Counted from the first letter of the stretch, positions 20,104 through 30,854 are shown. The stretch: 64,000 nt of DNA from a virus (IMGVR_UViG_3300008113_000016:32514-96513), one strand, 5' to 3'. Program-made: numbers and translations. The notes: generated by a model from the sequence alone, not told the origin.

Positions 20104-21132
20104 ATGGAAGATAAGTTATATCAGATTGCTATGGCACAAATAGACCCAAACGGTCTTTGCAATTCAGGCTGTTGGTTTTGTCCAGTAGCCTATTCACCAA
20201 ACCCAGAGTTTGCAAAAAAGACAATGAGTCTAGAATTATTGGACAGTATTTGTAAGCAGTTGCACGAAGGAAAAGGAGACTTTGTTACTCCAAACTTTGA
20301 TTTTATTTATACTGCACATTACAATGAGGTGCTTTTGTATAAGCACTTTGAAGAAATGCTTCAGATATTTAGAAAATATAATTTTAAAACAATGGTTCTT
20401 TCAAACGGAATACCTTTAACCAATCAAAAGGTAGATATTATTAAGCAATATCCAGATGTTGTTTATGGCATATGCTTGAATATACCTTCATCTGAGCCAG
20501 AACTTTGGGCACAATATACCAAGTTTAATGTAAAGATGTTTGACAGATTAATGGGTCAAATTCAATATGCTATGGATGAATTGCCAGAATATGTTACAAG
20601 CAATAGGCTAACTATTCAGGTTAATGGTGTTAACGAAAACTCTTTATTCCACAAAGGTGGATGGTTGATCATGAAAGAAGGAGCACCATCAATTGATATG
20701 AACCCATTGAGTGGAACACTAGCAAATCAAGTAAAGGGTTTTCAAGATAGATTCCCAGGACTTCAGGTTTACGATAACCCTTATCTAGTTGATAGAGCAG
20801 GTACTCTTGCAGATATGGGGATTATATCTAATGGGCTAGGCATTCAAAGAGATGCTAACGCTCTAGAACTACTTGAGATTCCTTCAACTAAAAAGGTAAT
20901 TGGTTGCAAAAATGGAAGAGAAGTTGGTGGTAGAGCAAAGGGTTGGATTCATGTCAATGCAAATGGTCATATGTTCATATGTTGCAATGACTATGAAATG
21001 CAGACCATTTATGGCAACTTAGAAGAAAAACCATTAAAGGAAATTTGGAATAGCGAAGAGCACTTGAGCATGGTTCAGCAGGCTTATGACACATTATGCA
21101 GAACTTGTGGTGCTGCAATCTGGAGCGAATGA
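20104..21132 (+). CDS. radical SAM protein with SPASM/twitch domain
   Basis: CNSGCWFC; G.MFICCND...GNL....L.EIWN...CRTC. Confidence 0.88.
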   Translation: MEDKLYQIAMAQIDPNGLCNSGCWFCPVAYSPNPEFAKKTMSLELLDSICKQLHEGKGDFVTPNFDFIYTAHYNEVLLYKHFEEMLQIFRKYNFKTMVLSNGIPLTNQKVDIIKQYPDVVYGICLNIPSSEPELWAQYTKFNVKMFDRLMGQIQYAMDELPEYVTSNRLTIQVNGVNENSLFHKGGWLIMKEGAPSIDMNPLSGTLANQVKGFQDRFPGLQVYDNPYLVDRAGTLADMGIISNGLGIQRDANALELLEIPSTKKVIGCKNGREVGGRAKGWIHVNANGHMFICCNDYEMQTIYGNLEEKPLKEIWNSEEHLSMVQQAYDTLCRTCGAAIWSE

Positions 21133-21146
21133 TATAATTGTATTAA

Positions 21147-21252
21147 GGTTCTGTGGCTATTATCTTAGGATGATATAGTTACAAATCGGCAAGAGGATAT
21201 TAGACAGTGTTCTACCTCCCATACGGCAGGTTGACAAGGTTGCCACAGAACC
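21147..21252 (+). ncRNA. putative structured small RNA
   Basis: 11-bp closing stem GGTTCTGTGGC/GCCACAGAACC with internal hairpins, just after TGATATAAT. Confidence 0.55.
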
Positions 21253-21279
21253 CCCACTTACTTAAACTAGGAGGATATT

Positions 21280-21468
21280 ATGGATCTTAAAGAAAAGTCT
21301 TATGTACTTAATGCAACAGACCGTTGTGATAGATGCTATGCTCAGGCATATGTTTGGGTAAATGGGATTGCTGGAGAACTTTTGTTTTGTGGTCACCACT
21401 ACAAAGAAAATGAAGAAAGCCTAAAGAGTTATGCTATTGAAATTGTAGATGAGAGGGATAAACTGTGA
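21280..21468 (+). CDS. small actinobacterial-type Zn-finger protein
   Basis: LNATDRCDRC.AQAYV...GELLFCGHH resembles a conserved actinobacterial chromosomal protein. Confidence 0.65.
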   Translation: MDLKEKSYVLNATDRCDRCYAQAYVWVNGIAGELLFCGHHYKENEESLKSYAIEIVDERDKL

Positions 21469-21719
21469 GAGAAATTTTATACTTTACTGCAAGTTGGTGT
21501 AACCCTTGTAAGAAGGTTAAGCCAATTGTAGAGGAGTTAAATAGTGAAATGAAAGATAAGATTAAGATTATAGATGTAGACGATAATTTTAAAAAAGTTC
21601 AAGAGTTTGAAATCAAATCGGTTCCAACCTTTGTTGTTTTGGTTGACGGCAAAGAGGTTGAAAGAAGAACAGGTGCTCAGACAAAAGACGAACTAGTGGA
21701 ATTGTATAGTAGGGTCTGA
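21465..21719 (+). CDS. trxA: thioredoxin
   Basis: FTASWCNPC, SVPT. Confidence 0.9.
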   Translation: MREILYFTASWCNPCKKVKPIVEELNSEMKDKIKIIDVDDNFKKVQEFEIKSVPTFVVLVDGKEVERRTGAQTKDELVELYSRV

Positions 21720-21895
21720 TGCCAAGATACGATTATAAATGCAATAAGTGTGGGATTACCATAGAGTTTGAGAGAGGGTTTGGAGAGGACACAGAGCCTA
21801 TTTGCTGCAGCGAAGGCATGAGCAGGGTTTGGAGTGCTCCAGCAGCCGTTTTCAAGGGCACTGGCTTTTATTCCACAGATAATGCTAAAAACTAA
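21719..21895 (+). CDS. FmdB-family Zn ribbon protein (not in ORF track)
   Basis: MPRYDYKCNKCG...FKGTGFYSTD, 58 aa. Confidence 0.8.
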   Translation: MPRYDYKCNKCGITIEFERGFGEDTEPICCSEGMSRVWSAPAAVFKGTGFYSTDNAKN

Positions 21896-21922
21896 AAACA
21901 ATACCGTGATACAATTAGGATC

Positions 21923-22393
21923 ATGGCTGATCTTGGTTTTTCCCCTGGAGAATTAAATTTAAGTTTATATAAAGGTGACACCTTTTCAGCAAAAGTCATT
22001 GCAAAAGATGGCACTGGAAACACTCTAGATTTAACTGGATGGGCTATTAAGGCTTTAATTTATGCAGCAGATGGAGTAACACCTCTTAATTTTACGGATG
22101 GTGCTACTACCATTCCAGCAGAGTTTCAGATTGGATCAAAGAATTTAGGAGCAGGAGAAATCTTCATGTTCCTTCCAGATGGAGCAACAAGACAGATTCC
22201 AACAGGTTCAAAGTTTGACGTAGAAATATCAAAGTTTTACTCAATAGATGAACTCAATGTAGACAATAATACTTCTACTTTAGAGCAGGATCAGTGGGTA
22301 GTTTTGACAATAATTAAGGGTACAATTACAGTAGTGAATGATATCACATATTCAACTGGTACAATTCCAGTTGGTAGGGGGCAGATAAACTGA
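21923..22393 (+). CDS. virion structural protein (BppU-N-like)
   Basis: LSLYKGDTF...LDLTGW pattern at start of the fibre module. Confidence 0.5.
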   Translation: MADLGFSPGELNLSLYKGDTFSAKVIAKDGTGNTLDLTGWAIKALIYAADGVTPLNFTDGATTIPAEFQIGSKNLGAGEIFMFLPDGATRQIPTGSKFDVEISKFYSIDELNVDNNTSTLEQDQWVVLTIIKGTITVVNDITYSTGTIPVGRGQIN

Positions 22394-24465
22394 TGGCAGA
22401 CGTAAGCGTATTAAGCGATTTAGCATCCATTGAAGTTAGCGTAGGTAATTTTGGTGGTGCTCAGATTTTGTTTGCTTCTGGAGCACCTTCTAGTGCTGTA
22501 GGTTCTAATGGCGATGTTTACTTTAATAAAACTAACGGTGATGTTTACAAGAAGGCTGCAGGATCTTGGACTCTAGAAACTAATGTTGGAACTCAAACCG
22601 AAATTGATGCTGCTGTTTCAATTATCAATACTGCTCTTGGAGATAAATCAGATAAGGCAACTACAATTACTGCTGGTCTGGGATTATCTGGCGGAGGAAG
22701 CCTAGCAGCAAATAGAACAATCGATGTTGACTTTACAACAGTTGGCGGAGACAATGGAACAAATGAAGAGGTTGCAAGAGGCAATCATATTCATGACGGA
22801 AGATATTATACTGAAACTGAATCAGATGCAAGATTTATTAATACAAACAAACTTGGTGTTGCAAACGGAGTAGCAACACTTGATCCAGATGGAAAGATTC
22901 CAGCCGTACAAATTCCAAGCGTTTCTTTGGTTGATGTTTTTACAGTTTCATCTGTAGCAGGATTGACAGCATTGTCAACCGCAAAGCAGGGTGACATTGG
23001 TATTGTTAATTCTTTAGGTCAAGACTATGCATATATTTTATCTACTGCAGATCCAGCAACATTATCTAACTGGATTGCACTTTCTTTCTTGCCAGGAGAA
23101 TCAGTAAGTTCTGTTGACGGACAAAGAGGCGCAGTTGATTTATCAGCAATCTATCTAAAATTAACTCCAGGTTCTGCTCAAACAGTTAGCGGAGTCCTTA
23201 ATCTAACAGGCAATGTATCTTTTACTAATGCGCCAACAATTGGAACTGGGGCAAATGGTAACAATACAGTATTAAATCAAGGAGAAATTGAAGCAAAGAT
23301 TGCTTTAGCAATTGAAGCATCACGACCAAATAAAACTTTTGATATTATTGGAAGCAACATTAGCAATACAACTGTACAACTTCAGTCTTTAGCAAATAAG
23401 ACAAGTGGTGTTTCTACTGGAAATACTCCAAATCAATTTATGGTTTCTCAAACATTAATTCCTTTTAGAACTGGAGATGCTGTTACAACTACTGCTGGCT
23501 CTGGTGTTACTATTCCTAGCGGATTAAACGCAACAACAACCTACTACGCTAGAGTATTTTCTATCGATCCAAGCGCAGCAACAGTTCCACCTTCATCAGT
23601 AACAAACTATGCTGTTACAGTTCCTTTTGGTACTGGAAGTGGATACTACTTGAATACAGTACAAAGACCAATTCTTTCATTCTTCCGTGGAAACACATAT
23701 AACTTTAATCAAAACGATTCATCAAACGCTGGACACCCAGTCGGAATTACATCTATTGTAGATGATGAAGCAGGTCTTTTGACAATAGCACAGGGAGTAA
23801 AGTATTACTTAGATGGTGCTTTAGTTGCAGACTTTGTTGCATATGAAACTGGATTTGCTGCTGCCACAACAAGAAAAGTTGAATTTATTCCAAACGGAAA
23901 TACTCCAGCAACAGTATATTATTTCTGTGGTCACCATACGCTTATGGGCAACCAAATTAATGTTACAACATATAGCACTGGAAACATAGATGTAACTACA
24001 GCAATTCCTCTATCTAGAGGGCAGGCTTCTTCTACTCTTTACAGCAATGCATATGGAGTTCAACTTTATAATACATATGAAAATGCAATAAATGTTGGAA
24101 GTTATACTGGTCTTATTACTATAGGAACATTTACAACAAACCTTGTAGCACCAGATTTGCTTTACATTAACACAAACAACAACTTCTTAGAGTTTGATTT
24201 TGATATTACAACAGCAATCCAATCAACAACTTCTGGTCTTCAGTTACCAGGAACATTGCTAGATTTTCCACAGGCTCATGTAACGGTATGGGACGGAGTA
24301 AGCAAGAGAAAAGTTGAGATTGAAACAATGATAGAGGCTATTGACACAAATGCAGATTCAGTTTTAGATGCTGCAAGATTAAAAGTTATTTTTGCAAAAA
24401 GACCAAGATTAGGAGAAAACTACAGAGTACTTGTTGGTCAGTACTCTAAGGTAGTTAATACATAG
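22393..24465 (+). CDS. tail fibre/virion structural protein
   Basis: GAPSSAVGSNGDVYF, NGVATLDPDGKIP, VSSVDGQRGAV fibre repeats; YYFCGHHTLMG cupredoxin-like motif. Confidence 0.7.
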   Translation: MADVSVLSDLASIEVSVGNFGGAQILFASGAPSSAVGSNGDVYFNKTNGDVYKKAAGSWTLETNVGTQTEIDAAVSIINTALGDKSDKATTITAGLGLSGGGSLAANRTIDVDFTTVGGDNGTNEEVARGNHIHDGRYYTETESDARFINTNKLGVANGVATLDPDGKIPAVQIPSVSLVDVFTVSSVAGLTALSTAKQGDIGIVNSLGQDYAYILSTADPATLSNWIALSFLPGESVSSVDGQRGAVDLSAIYLKLTPGSAQTVSGVLNLTGNVSFTNAPTIGTGANGNNTVLNQGEIEAKIALAIEASRPNKTFDIIGSNISNTTVQLQSLANKTSGVSTGNTPNQFMVSQTLIPFRTGDAVTTTAGSGVTIPSGLNATTTYYARVFSIDPSAATVPPSSVTNYAVTVPFGTGSGYYLNTVQRPILSFFRGNTYNFNQNDSSNAGHPVGITSIVDDEAGLLTIAQGVKYYLDGALVADFVAYETGFAAATTRKVEFIPNGNTPATVYYFCGHHTLMGNQINVTTYSTGNIDVTTAIPLSRGQASSTLYSNAYGVQLYNTYENAINVGSYTGLITIGTFTTNLVAPDLLYINTNNNFLEFDFDITTAIQSTTSGLQLPGTLLDFPQAHVTVWDGVSKRKVEIETMIEAIDTNADSVLDAARLKVIFAKRPRLGENYRVLVGQYSKVVNT

Positions 24466-24473
24466 GGGGAACC

Positions 24474-25136
24474 ATGGCAATTAAATATTTATCAGATATA
24501 GATTTAGGCAACCTTCAGTTAGTTCGTGCCCGTGTTGAAAACCGATCAAACAATCCTACTGTCCCAACAGGAGAAGAAAACGATTACAAGGGTTATGTAT
24601 ACTACAATACTGCAGATAACTCTTTTTACTATTTTAATGGAACTAGTTGGGTTAAACTAACCCAGGTAAACGTTGCAAGCGTTAACAACTTAACTGGTGC
24701 AATCACTCTGACTACAAACGAAGTTCCAGAGGGAAGCAATAACAAGTATTATGTAAAAGAAACTGCACAAGATGATGTTGCTCAAATGTTTACTGCAGCA
24801 ACACACAGAGGTCTTAGCGTTAACTATAACGATTCAGCCAACACCCTCAGCGTGGACCTGACTCAAAACGTAACACTTACATTCCCTTATCAAGTTTTTA
24901 CTGGATCATTAAACCAAACCACCTTTATTATGAACGAAGAAGTTCTAAGCCCAACTCACCTATTGGTGTCAGTTGGCGGAGTCATGCAAACCCCATTTGA
25001 CTCCTACACAATCAATGGGTATCAACTAGTCTTCTCTGAAGCACCAGAAGAAGAAGCAAAAATCACAGTACGCTATATGGCTGCCCCTGTTGTAATCACA
25101 GATACGGTACAATTAGTAGACGGTGGAACATTTTAA
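24474..25136 (+). CDS. virion structural protein
   Basis: VASVNNLTGAI; LVSVGGVMQTP...LVFSEAP; DGGTF end. Confidence 0.65.
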   Translation: MAIKYLSDIDLGNLQLVRARVENRSNNPTVPTGEENDYKGYVYYNTADNSFYYFNGTSWVKLTQVNVASVNNLTGAITLTTNEVPEGSNNKYYVKETAQDDVAQMFTAATHRGLSVNYNDSANTLSVDLTQNVTLTFPYQVFTGSLNQTTFIMNEEVLSPTHLLVSVGGVMQTPFDSYTINGYQLVFSEAPEEEAKITVRYMAAPVVITDTVQLVDGGTF

Positions 25137-25151
25137 TGGAGGAATATACTA

Positions 25152-28100
25152 ATGGCACTAGATAGAGTACCATCTTATTTAATCAAGGGCGATGTAGCGT
25201 TTAGCCCAATTCAAGCATTGCTGGACCCAGTTAGCAAACTGCGTGTATCAACACCAGAGAACCTAATTGATACAGACTTCGAATATGGTCTTCAGACCAC
25301 TAAGTGGGAGACTCTTGAATTAGTTAATAATATTCCAACATTCTTCAACCGTGCTGGTGACGACCCAATTGCATTTAATACTATTACAGGAACTAACGGA
25401 ACAGACGTTATTTTAGTAAACTGTCTTGCAGCACATAACCTAACAGTTGGATCTCCAATTATTGTTCAAGGTTTAAGATCAACATCTGCTGAAGGTGCTT
25501 ATGTTGTAACTAGAGTTGTAGATGCAAATAATTTTGAATACAAGGCAAAAAGAACACAGACAGTGACTCAGCAACTACACGACACATACACATTGGTTTT
25601 TCCAGGACAACTTTATCAGGGTACACAGTACAGACTAGATGCATTGGGAGCAATTCATACAAATGGTGCAAACCCATCAACAATTACAGTTGATACAACA
25701 GACCCACACGGTTTTGCGGTAGGAACTAAGTTCCTTCTAACAAACTCTGTATCTAACAAGGTCCTTTCTTTCTCAGGACAGGGCATTGATATTGCATCAG
25801 ACATTGCATCAACAAAGGTAACCGTTGCAAACAACTTGGTTTCAGGAGCAACTGGATATCAAGAATTCAACACAATACCTTACGATTGGCAGGGAACACA
25901 GTCTTTATTCTTTAAGATTTCAAACATTGATCTAAACTTAAATAAGTTTACATTTTTGACAGTTCATGGATTGGCAAATAACGATCAGGTTATGTATGTT
26001 TCTCCTATTGGAGACAACGTTGTTGGAGGTCTTGTAAACTATGCAATGTACTATGTTAAGAAGTTAACAGACTATGAGTTCCAACTTACAACAACATTTA
26101 ATGGTTCAGCGATTGACCTTACTACAAACCCAAGCATTACTTTTGGTCCACACGCATTCTTTAGAGCCTACAAGGTTCAGCAAGTAGATAGCGTAACTAA
26201 CGACACATTGATTTTAGAAAATGCTCCAGTGTTTACAACTGGTGCAGAAATGTTTTGCTTTACATCAAACTCAGCAACTGGTGGTGTTGCAGCAACTACT
26301 ACTGGAGGAATTGCAAACATTTCTCTTTCAGTAAACAACTTTAACCCAGTAAACTATGACAAGCATATCGCTGATCAAGTTGACGCACCAAATAGAAGAT
26401 TAAGACTTACTAGCCCTTCTGGTGCAGTAAGAGATATTATTAATACAAACGTAAATGGATTTACATGGTTGGTTCCATCTGTAGATATTACAGAAAGAGA
26501 TTCTATTTATGTTCAAAACCACGGCTTTGTTAACAATGATATTCTTCTACTTACTTCTGCACAGACACCTCCAGGTGGTTTGTCTAACGGAAGCATTTAT
26601 TTTACAGAAAGAGTTTCTAATGATAGATTCCGTGTAAAGGGAACCAAAGCAGGTTCTACCATTCAACTATCAAGCGTTGGAACTGCTACATTAAACTGGG
26701 CACTTCGTAAGCCAAATGCTAACGTAGATACTGTTTTCTCAACAGCACATGGAGTTACAGATGGAACACAGTTAGTTTATAACAATGCTGGTAACCCATC
26801 AATTGGTGGTTTAACAAACTCAACAACATACTATGCATACAAGTCAGATGCAAATAGATTTAAATTAACAACACAAGCATCTAACCCAATCATTAACTCA
26901 TACACATTTGTACAAAATACTTCAAATATCAACTTAACTTATGCATATGTTGAACTTGGTCAAACACATAACTGGACTACTGGAGATGCTGTAGAGTACA
27001 AGTCTTTGTTTGAAGTTGATGGAATTATTGATTCTTCAATTTACTATGTAAGAGTTTGGACTTCATCACAGTTCTCTTTATACTATACTAAGGCAGATGC
27101 ACTTGCTGGATCTTCAAGAGATGTTGCTCTTGGAACAGATCAGCGTGTAAGATTTACAGGAAGCCCAACTGGAGACGGAACCTTTAGAAAGGTAGACTTC
27201 GTTGACCTAACATCTCAGGCTGCAGGAACTCACACATTTAACGTAATTAAGGAAGGTGGAGCAGACGATGTTTATGAAGTTGCTTCAGTTCCTACAATTA
27301 ATACATTTACACTCGCTTCATCTTCACAACTAGATAAGCGTTCATTTAACTTTAACCCTTCAGACTCAGTGGACCTATATAGAGATGCAATTTATCTTCC
27401 AGGTCACAAACTATACACTGGAGCACCTATTGACTATACAGTTGGTGGTTCAGGAACGGCAATTGGTGGATTAGTTAACACAACAAGATACTATGTCATT
27501 CGTGTAAGTCGTGACTGGATTGAACTTGCAGAAACACCAGACCTAGCCAAGGCTAAGATTGCAATTAATCTTAACTCAATTGGAACTGGATCATCACATA
27601 ACTTCCTAAGCCCATCTGTTGCTGGAGAAGTTTTTGGTAATGGAACTGTTGGAATTACAGTAGGATCTAACCTTGTAACAGGAACTAACACAAACTTCCT
27701 AAACTTGTTTAAGATTGGTGATATCTTTAAGGTTAACATTAACCAAGATAACCCTACAATTACTGTTGCTCAATCAGGAACAACTGTTAACACAACAACA
27801 TCTGTGATTACGTTCAACTCTCATGGATTTGTTAACGGTGAGGCAGTTAGATATAACTCTGCTGGACCAATTGGTGGTTTAACAGATAATAATATTTACT
27901 ATGTTCGTGTTACAGATGCAAACAATTTCTCTTTGCACGAAAGTCCAGATGGAGCAAATAACAACAACCTTCGTTTAATTCTTACTACAGTAGGATCTGG
28001 AAACGGAACCTTTAATAAGTTTAATAACGGATGTACTTTTGAATCTAGAATCACTGCTATCAGAGATAAGACTAGACTTGTAGTTGCAGATAATGTTCCT

Positions 28101-30329
28101 TCAGTTATCTTTAACAAGCCTCTTGGAAAGAGTGCTGTTATTACTAACAAAGTTTTAAGCACAAATAATGCTACTTTAACAACATTGGTTAACCATAACT
28201 TTGTTAACGGAGATCAAGTAGTAGTCACTGGAGTTGACTCTACATTTAATGGCACATACACAATTACTGGTGTCACTGGAAACACATTTACCTATACAAA
28301 GGTTTCAGGAAACGTTCCTTCTGCATCAGTTATTCCAAATGGTTTTGCAGCACAAAATGCAAACACTGTTTCAACTCTTAACTATGTTCAGACAACAGCA
28401 TTGTTCGTAAAGGCAGACGGATTTGCAATTCATAGACCATACGATGGTGGTGTAGAACTTATTCCAGCAACAAACCCTGACGCACAAATCATTCGTCAGA
28501 CAAGAAAGTACTTTAGATACCAGTCTGGTAAGGGTATCCAAGTTTCTTTTGCAATTAACTTTAGTGCTCCAACAGAAATCACAACCTTAACACGCAATAG
28601 CGGTAGCAACATTGCAATTGTAAAGACTGTTAACCCTCATAGAATGAGTAGCGGTGTAAAGATTAAGGTAGAAAACGCAGTTGTATCTGGTGGAACAAAC
28701 TACTGGAATGGAAACTTTACAGTAGATACAGTCATTGATGATTATCAGTTTACATACAATATGCTTGCAGAGCCTGTTGGAACAAAGGCTCAAGGATTCC
28801 CTCAATTTGCTGTTAGAGAATGGCAGAACTCAAGACTTCGTTGTGGATTGTTTGATGATCAAAACGGTATGTTCTTTGAGTATGATGGTCAGTACCTATA
28901 TTGCGTTAGAAGATCTAGCGTACAGCAGTTGTCTGGAAGAGTACAGACAACATTTAACAGTGCTAAGATATCTGGAACAGACACATCATTTACATCTCAG
29001 ATTGCAGCAGGTCAAATGATTGTAATCAAGGGTCAGTCATACAAGGTTGTTGGTGTAGATAATGATACAACAATGTATATCCAGCCAGTATATCGTGGTC
29101 AATCATCTACAAACGTAGTAGTAACAAAGACTATTGATACTAGAACAACACAATCACTTTGGTCAATTGACAAGTGTGATGGAACTGGTGTTACAGGATA
29201 CAACCTAGACATTAATAAGATTCAAATGGCTTACATGGACTACTCATGGTACGGTGCTGGTAAAATTCGTTATGGATTTAAGGACCAACTTGGAGAAGTA
29301 AAGTATGTTCATGAGTTTAAGCATAACAACATCTTCACAGAGGCTTACTTCCGCTCTGGTAACTTGCCAGCACGTTATGAAGTAATCAATACTGGAACAC
29401 CAAACTATGTTCCAAGCCTTAACCACTGGGGTACATCTGTTATTATGGATGGAGAATTCCAGCAAGACGATGCATACTTGTTCACAGCAGCAGGTAACAT
29501 TATTACAAATACAAACGCAACTACTGCTACATTTACAGCACAGATTGCAGCAACAACACAAAGAGCAACAAGATACGATCCAACACAGGGAAGATCTGTT
29601 CCAGTATGGAGAATTGAAGCAACTACATATTCTGCAGTTCGTAACATTCCTTCTGGAACTCCTTTGGTTAACGCTACATACCTACAGGCTGGTACAAAGA
29701 CAGTAGGATCTGTACAGCAGTCTGGTTCTGTTGGTTTCATTTATATTGATAGAGCACCAATCCAAGCGATTGGAACAAACCAAACATTTACATACGGAGA
29801 CTCTACAGAACTACCAGCATTGATTCCTTTGGTTTCAATTAGATTGGCACCTTCTGTAGACAACGGAACAACTGGTGTTCTTGGTTCAAGAGAAATTATT
29901 AACAGAATGCAGTTAATTCTTAACAGCGTTGGTATCCTTACTAACTATGATGCTGAAATCAAACTGCTACTTAATGGTATCCTTGATAACTCAGATTGGC
30001 AGAGAGTAACATCACCTTCACTTAGCCAGGTGGTATACCATGCATCTGGAAACACAATCACTGGAGGAACGCAGATTTATAACTTCCGTGCTCCAGGTGG
30101 ATCTCCAGAAACAGTAGGGTCTTTGTCAAGACGTGTTTCTAACGCAACAACATTTAACTTGAACGAATTGGTTAACATGGGTAACTCAATCCTTGGTGGT
30201 GACGGTGTATATCCAGATGGTCCAGACGTTCTTACAATTGCAGCAACCGTTGTAGATCTTATCGGTGTGGGTGCGGATAACCCAATCTCAATCACTGGTA
30301 GACTATCATGGTCAGAAAGCCAAGCATAA
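25152..30329 (+). CDS. large virion structural protein with repeated beta modules
   Basis: 1725 aa; repeated HG...GD.V.Y...IGGL....YYV units. Confidence 0.7.
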   Translation: MALDRVPSYLIKGDVAFSPIQALLDPVSKLRVSTPENLIDTDFEYGLQTTKWETLELVNNIPTFFNRAGDDPIAFNTITGTNGTDVILVNCLAAHNLTVGSPIIVQGLRSTSAEGAYVVTRVVDANNFEYKAKRTQTVTQQLHDTYTLVFPGQLYQGTQYRLDALGAIHTNGANPSTITVDTTDPHGFAVGTKFLLTNSVSNKVLSFSGQGIDIASDIASTKVTVANNLVSGATGYQEFNTIPYDWQGTQSLFFKISNIDLNLNKFTFLTVHGLANNDQVMYVSPIGDNVVGGLVNYAMYYVKKLTDYEFQLTTTFNGSAIDLTTNPSITFGPHAFFRAYKVQQVDSVTNDTLILENAPVFTTGAEMFCFTSNSATGGVAATTTGGIANISLSVNNFNPVNYDKHIADQVDAPNRRLRLTSPSGAVRDIINTNVNGFTWLVPSVDITERDSIYVQNHGFVNNDILLLTSAQTPPGGLSNGSIYFTERVSNDRFRVKGTKAGSTIQLSSVGTATLNWALRKPNANVDTVFSTAHGVTDGTQLVYNNAGNPSIGGLTNSTTYYAYKSDANRFKLTTQASNPIINSYTFVQNTSNINLTYAYVELGQTHNWTTGDAVEYKSLFEVDGIIDSSIYYVRVWTSSQFSLYYTKADALAGSSRDVALGTDQRVRFTGSPTGDGTFRKVDFVDLTSQAAGTHTFNVIKEGGADDVYEVASVPTINTFTLASSSQLDKRSFNFNPSDSVDLYRDAIYLPGHKLYTGAPIDYTVGGSGTAIGGLVNTTRYYVIRVSRDWIELAETPDLAKAKIAINLNSIGTGSSHNFLSPSVAGEVFGNGTVGITVGSNLVTGTNTNFLNLFKIGDIFKVNINQDNPTITVAQSGTTVNTTTSVITFNSHGFVNGEAVRYNSAGPIGGLTDNNIYYVRVTDANNFSLHESPDGANNNNLRLILTTVGSGNGTFNKFNNGCTFESRITAIRDKTRLVVADNVPSVIFNKPLGKSAVITNKVLSTNNATLTTLVNHNFVNGDQVVVTGVDSTFNGTYTITGVTGNTFTYTKVSGNVPSASVIPNGFAAQNANTVSTLNYVQTTALFVKADGFAIHRPYDGGVELIPATNPDAQIIRQTRKYFRYQSGKGIQVSFAINFSAPTEITTLTRNSGSNIAIVKTVNPHRMSSGVKIKVENAVVSGGTNYWNGNFTVDTVIDDYQFTYNMLAEPVGTKAQGFPQFAVREWQNSRLRCGLFDDQNGMFFEYDGQYLYCVRRSSVQQLSGRVQTTFNSAKISGTDTSFTSQIAAGQMIVIKGQSYKVVGVDNDTTMYIQPVYRGQSSTNVVVTKTIDTRTTQSLWSIDKCDGTGVTGYNLDINKIQMAYMDYSWYGAGKIRYGFKDQLGEVKYVHEFKHNNIFTEAYFRSGNLPARYEVINTGTPNYVPSLNHWGTSVIMDGEFQQDDAYLFTAAGNIITNTNATTATFTAQIAATTQRATRYDPTQGRSVPVWRIEATTYSAVRNIPSGTPLVNATYLQAGTKTVGSVQQSGSVGFIYIDRAPIQAIGTNQTFTYGDSTELPALIPLVSIRLAPSVDNGTTGVLGSREIINRMQLILNSVGILTNYDAEIKLLLNGILDNSDWQRVTSPSLSQVVYHASGNTITGGTQIYNFRAPGGSPETVGSLSRRVSNATTFNLNELVNMGNSILGGDGVYPDGPDVLTIAATVVDLIGVGADNPISITGRLSWSESQA

Positions 30330-30338
30330 GGAGATAAA

Positions 30339-30851
30339 ATGCCTACACAGACGCAAATCTTATTTAAGAGAAGCAACACAAGTGGTGCAGTTCCAACAAC
30401 AACACAGTTGTCTGCTGGAGAAATTGCAATCAATTCTTATGATGGAAAAGTTTATTTCAAAAGAAGTAATGCTCAAGGAGACGCAGTAATTGAATTTGTT
30501 ACTGCTGGAAATGATGGAAAGATTAATCCATTGTATTTGCCACCACAAAGACTACAGCAAACTTATGTTGTAGGTAGCCAAGGAGCAATGACAGCACTAA
30601 GTTCTGCAATTACTGGAGACCTTGCTGTAAGAACAGATCAAGGTAAAACATATATTTTAGGTGGAACTGGAGATTACTCTATTTTAGGAAACTGGGTAGA
30701 GTTATTATTTGCTGCAGCAGCCGTTAACAGCGTTGACGGAAGAACTGGAGCGGTAACTCTGACAGACAAATACGCTGGAATTTCAGCATTTGCCTCACTT
30801 TCACAACTTGTAGATGATACAATAGTAATGACATTAATGGGAGGATACTAA
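30339..30851 (+). CDS. tail fibre-associated protein (Mtd-N-like N-terminus)
   Basis: ILFKRS...LSAGEIAIN..DGKVYFK; VNSVDGRTGAV. Confidence 0.6.
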   Translation: MPTQTQILFKRSNTSGAVPTTTQLSAGEIAINSYDGKVYFKRSNAQGDAVIEFVTAGNDGKINPLYLPPQRLQQTYVVGSQGAMTALSSAITGDLAVRTDQGKTYILGGTGDYSILGNWVELLFAAAAVNSVDGRTGAVTLTDKYAGISAFASLSQLVDDTIVMTLMGGY

Positions 30852-30854
30852 AAA

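Noticed and set aside
21165-21185. Group I intron S-like sequence (GATGATATAGT)
   Set aside because: Element is only ~106 nt, intergenic, and shows no other intron core elements
30339-30851. Diversity-generating retroelement suggested by the Mtd-like N-terminus
   Set aside because: No reverse transcriptase and no TR/VR repeat pair seen
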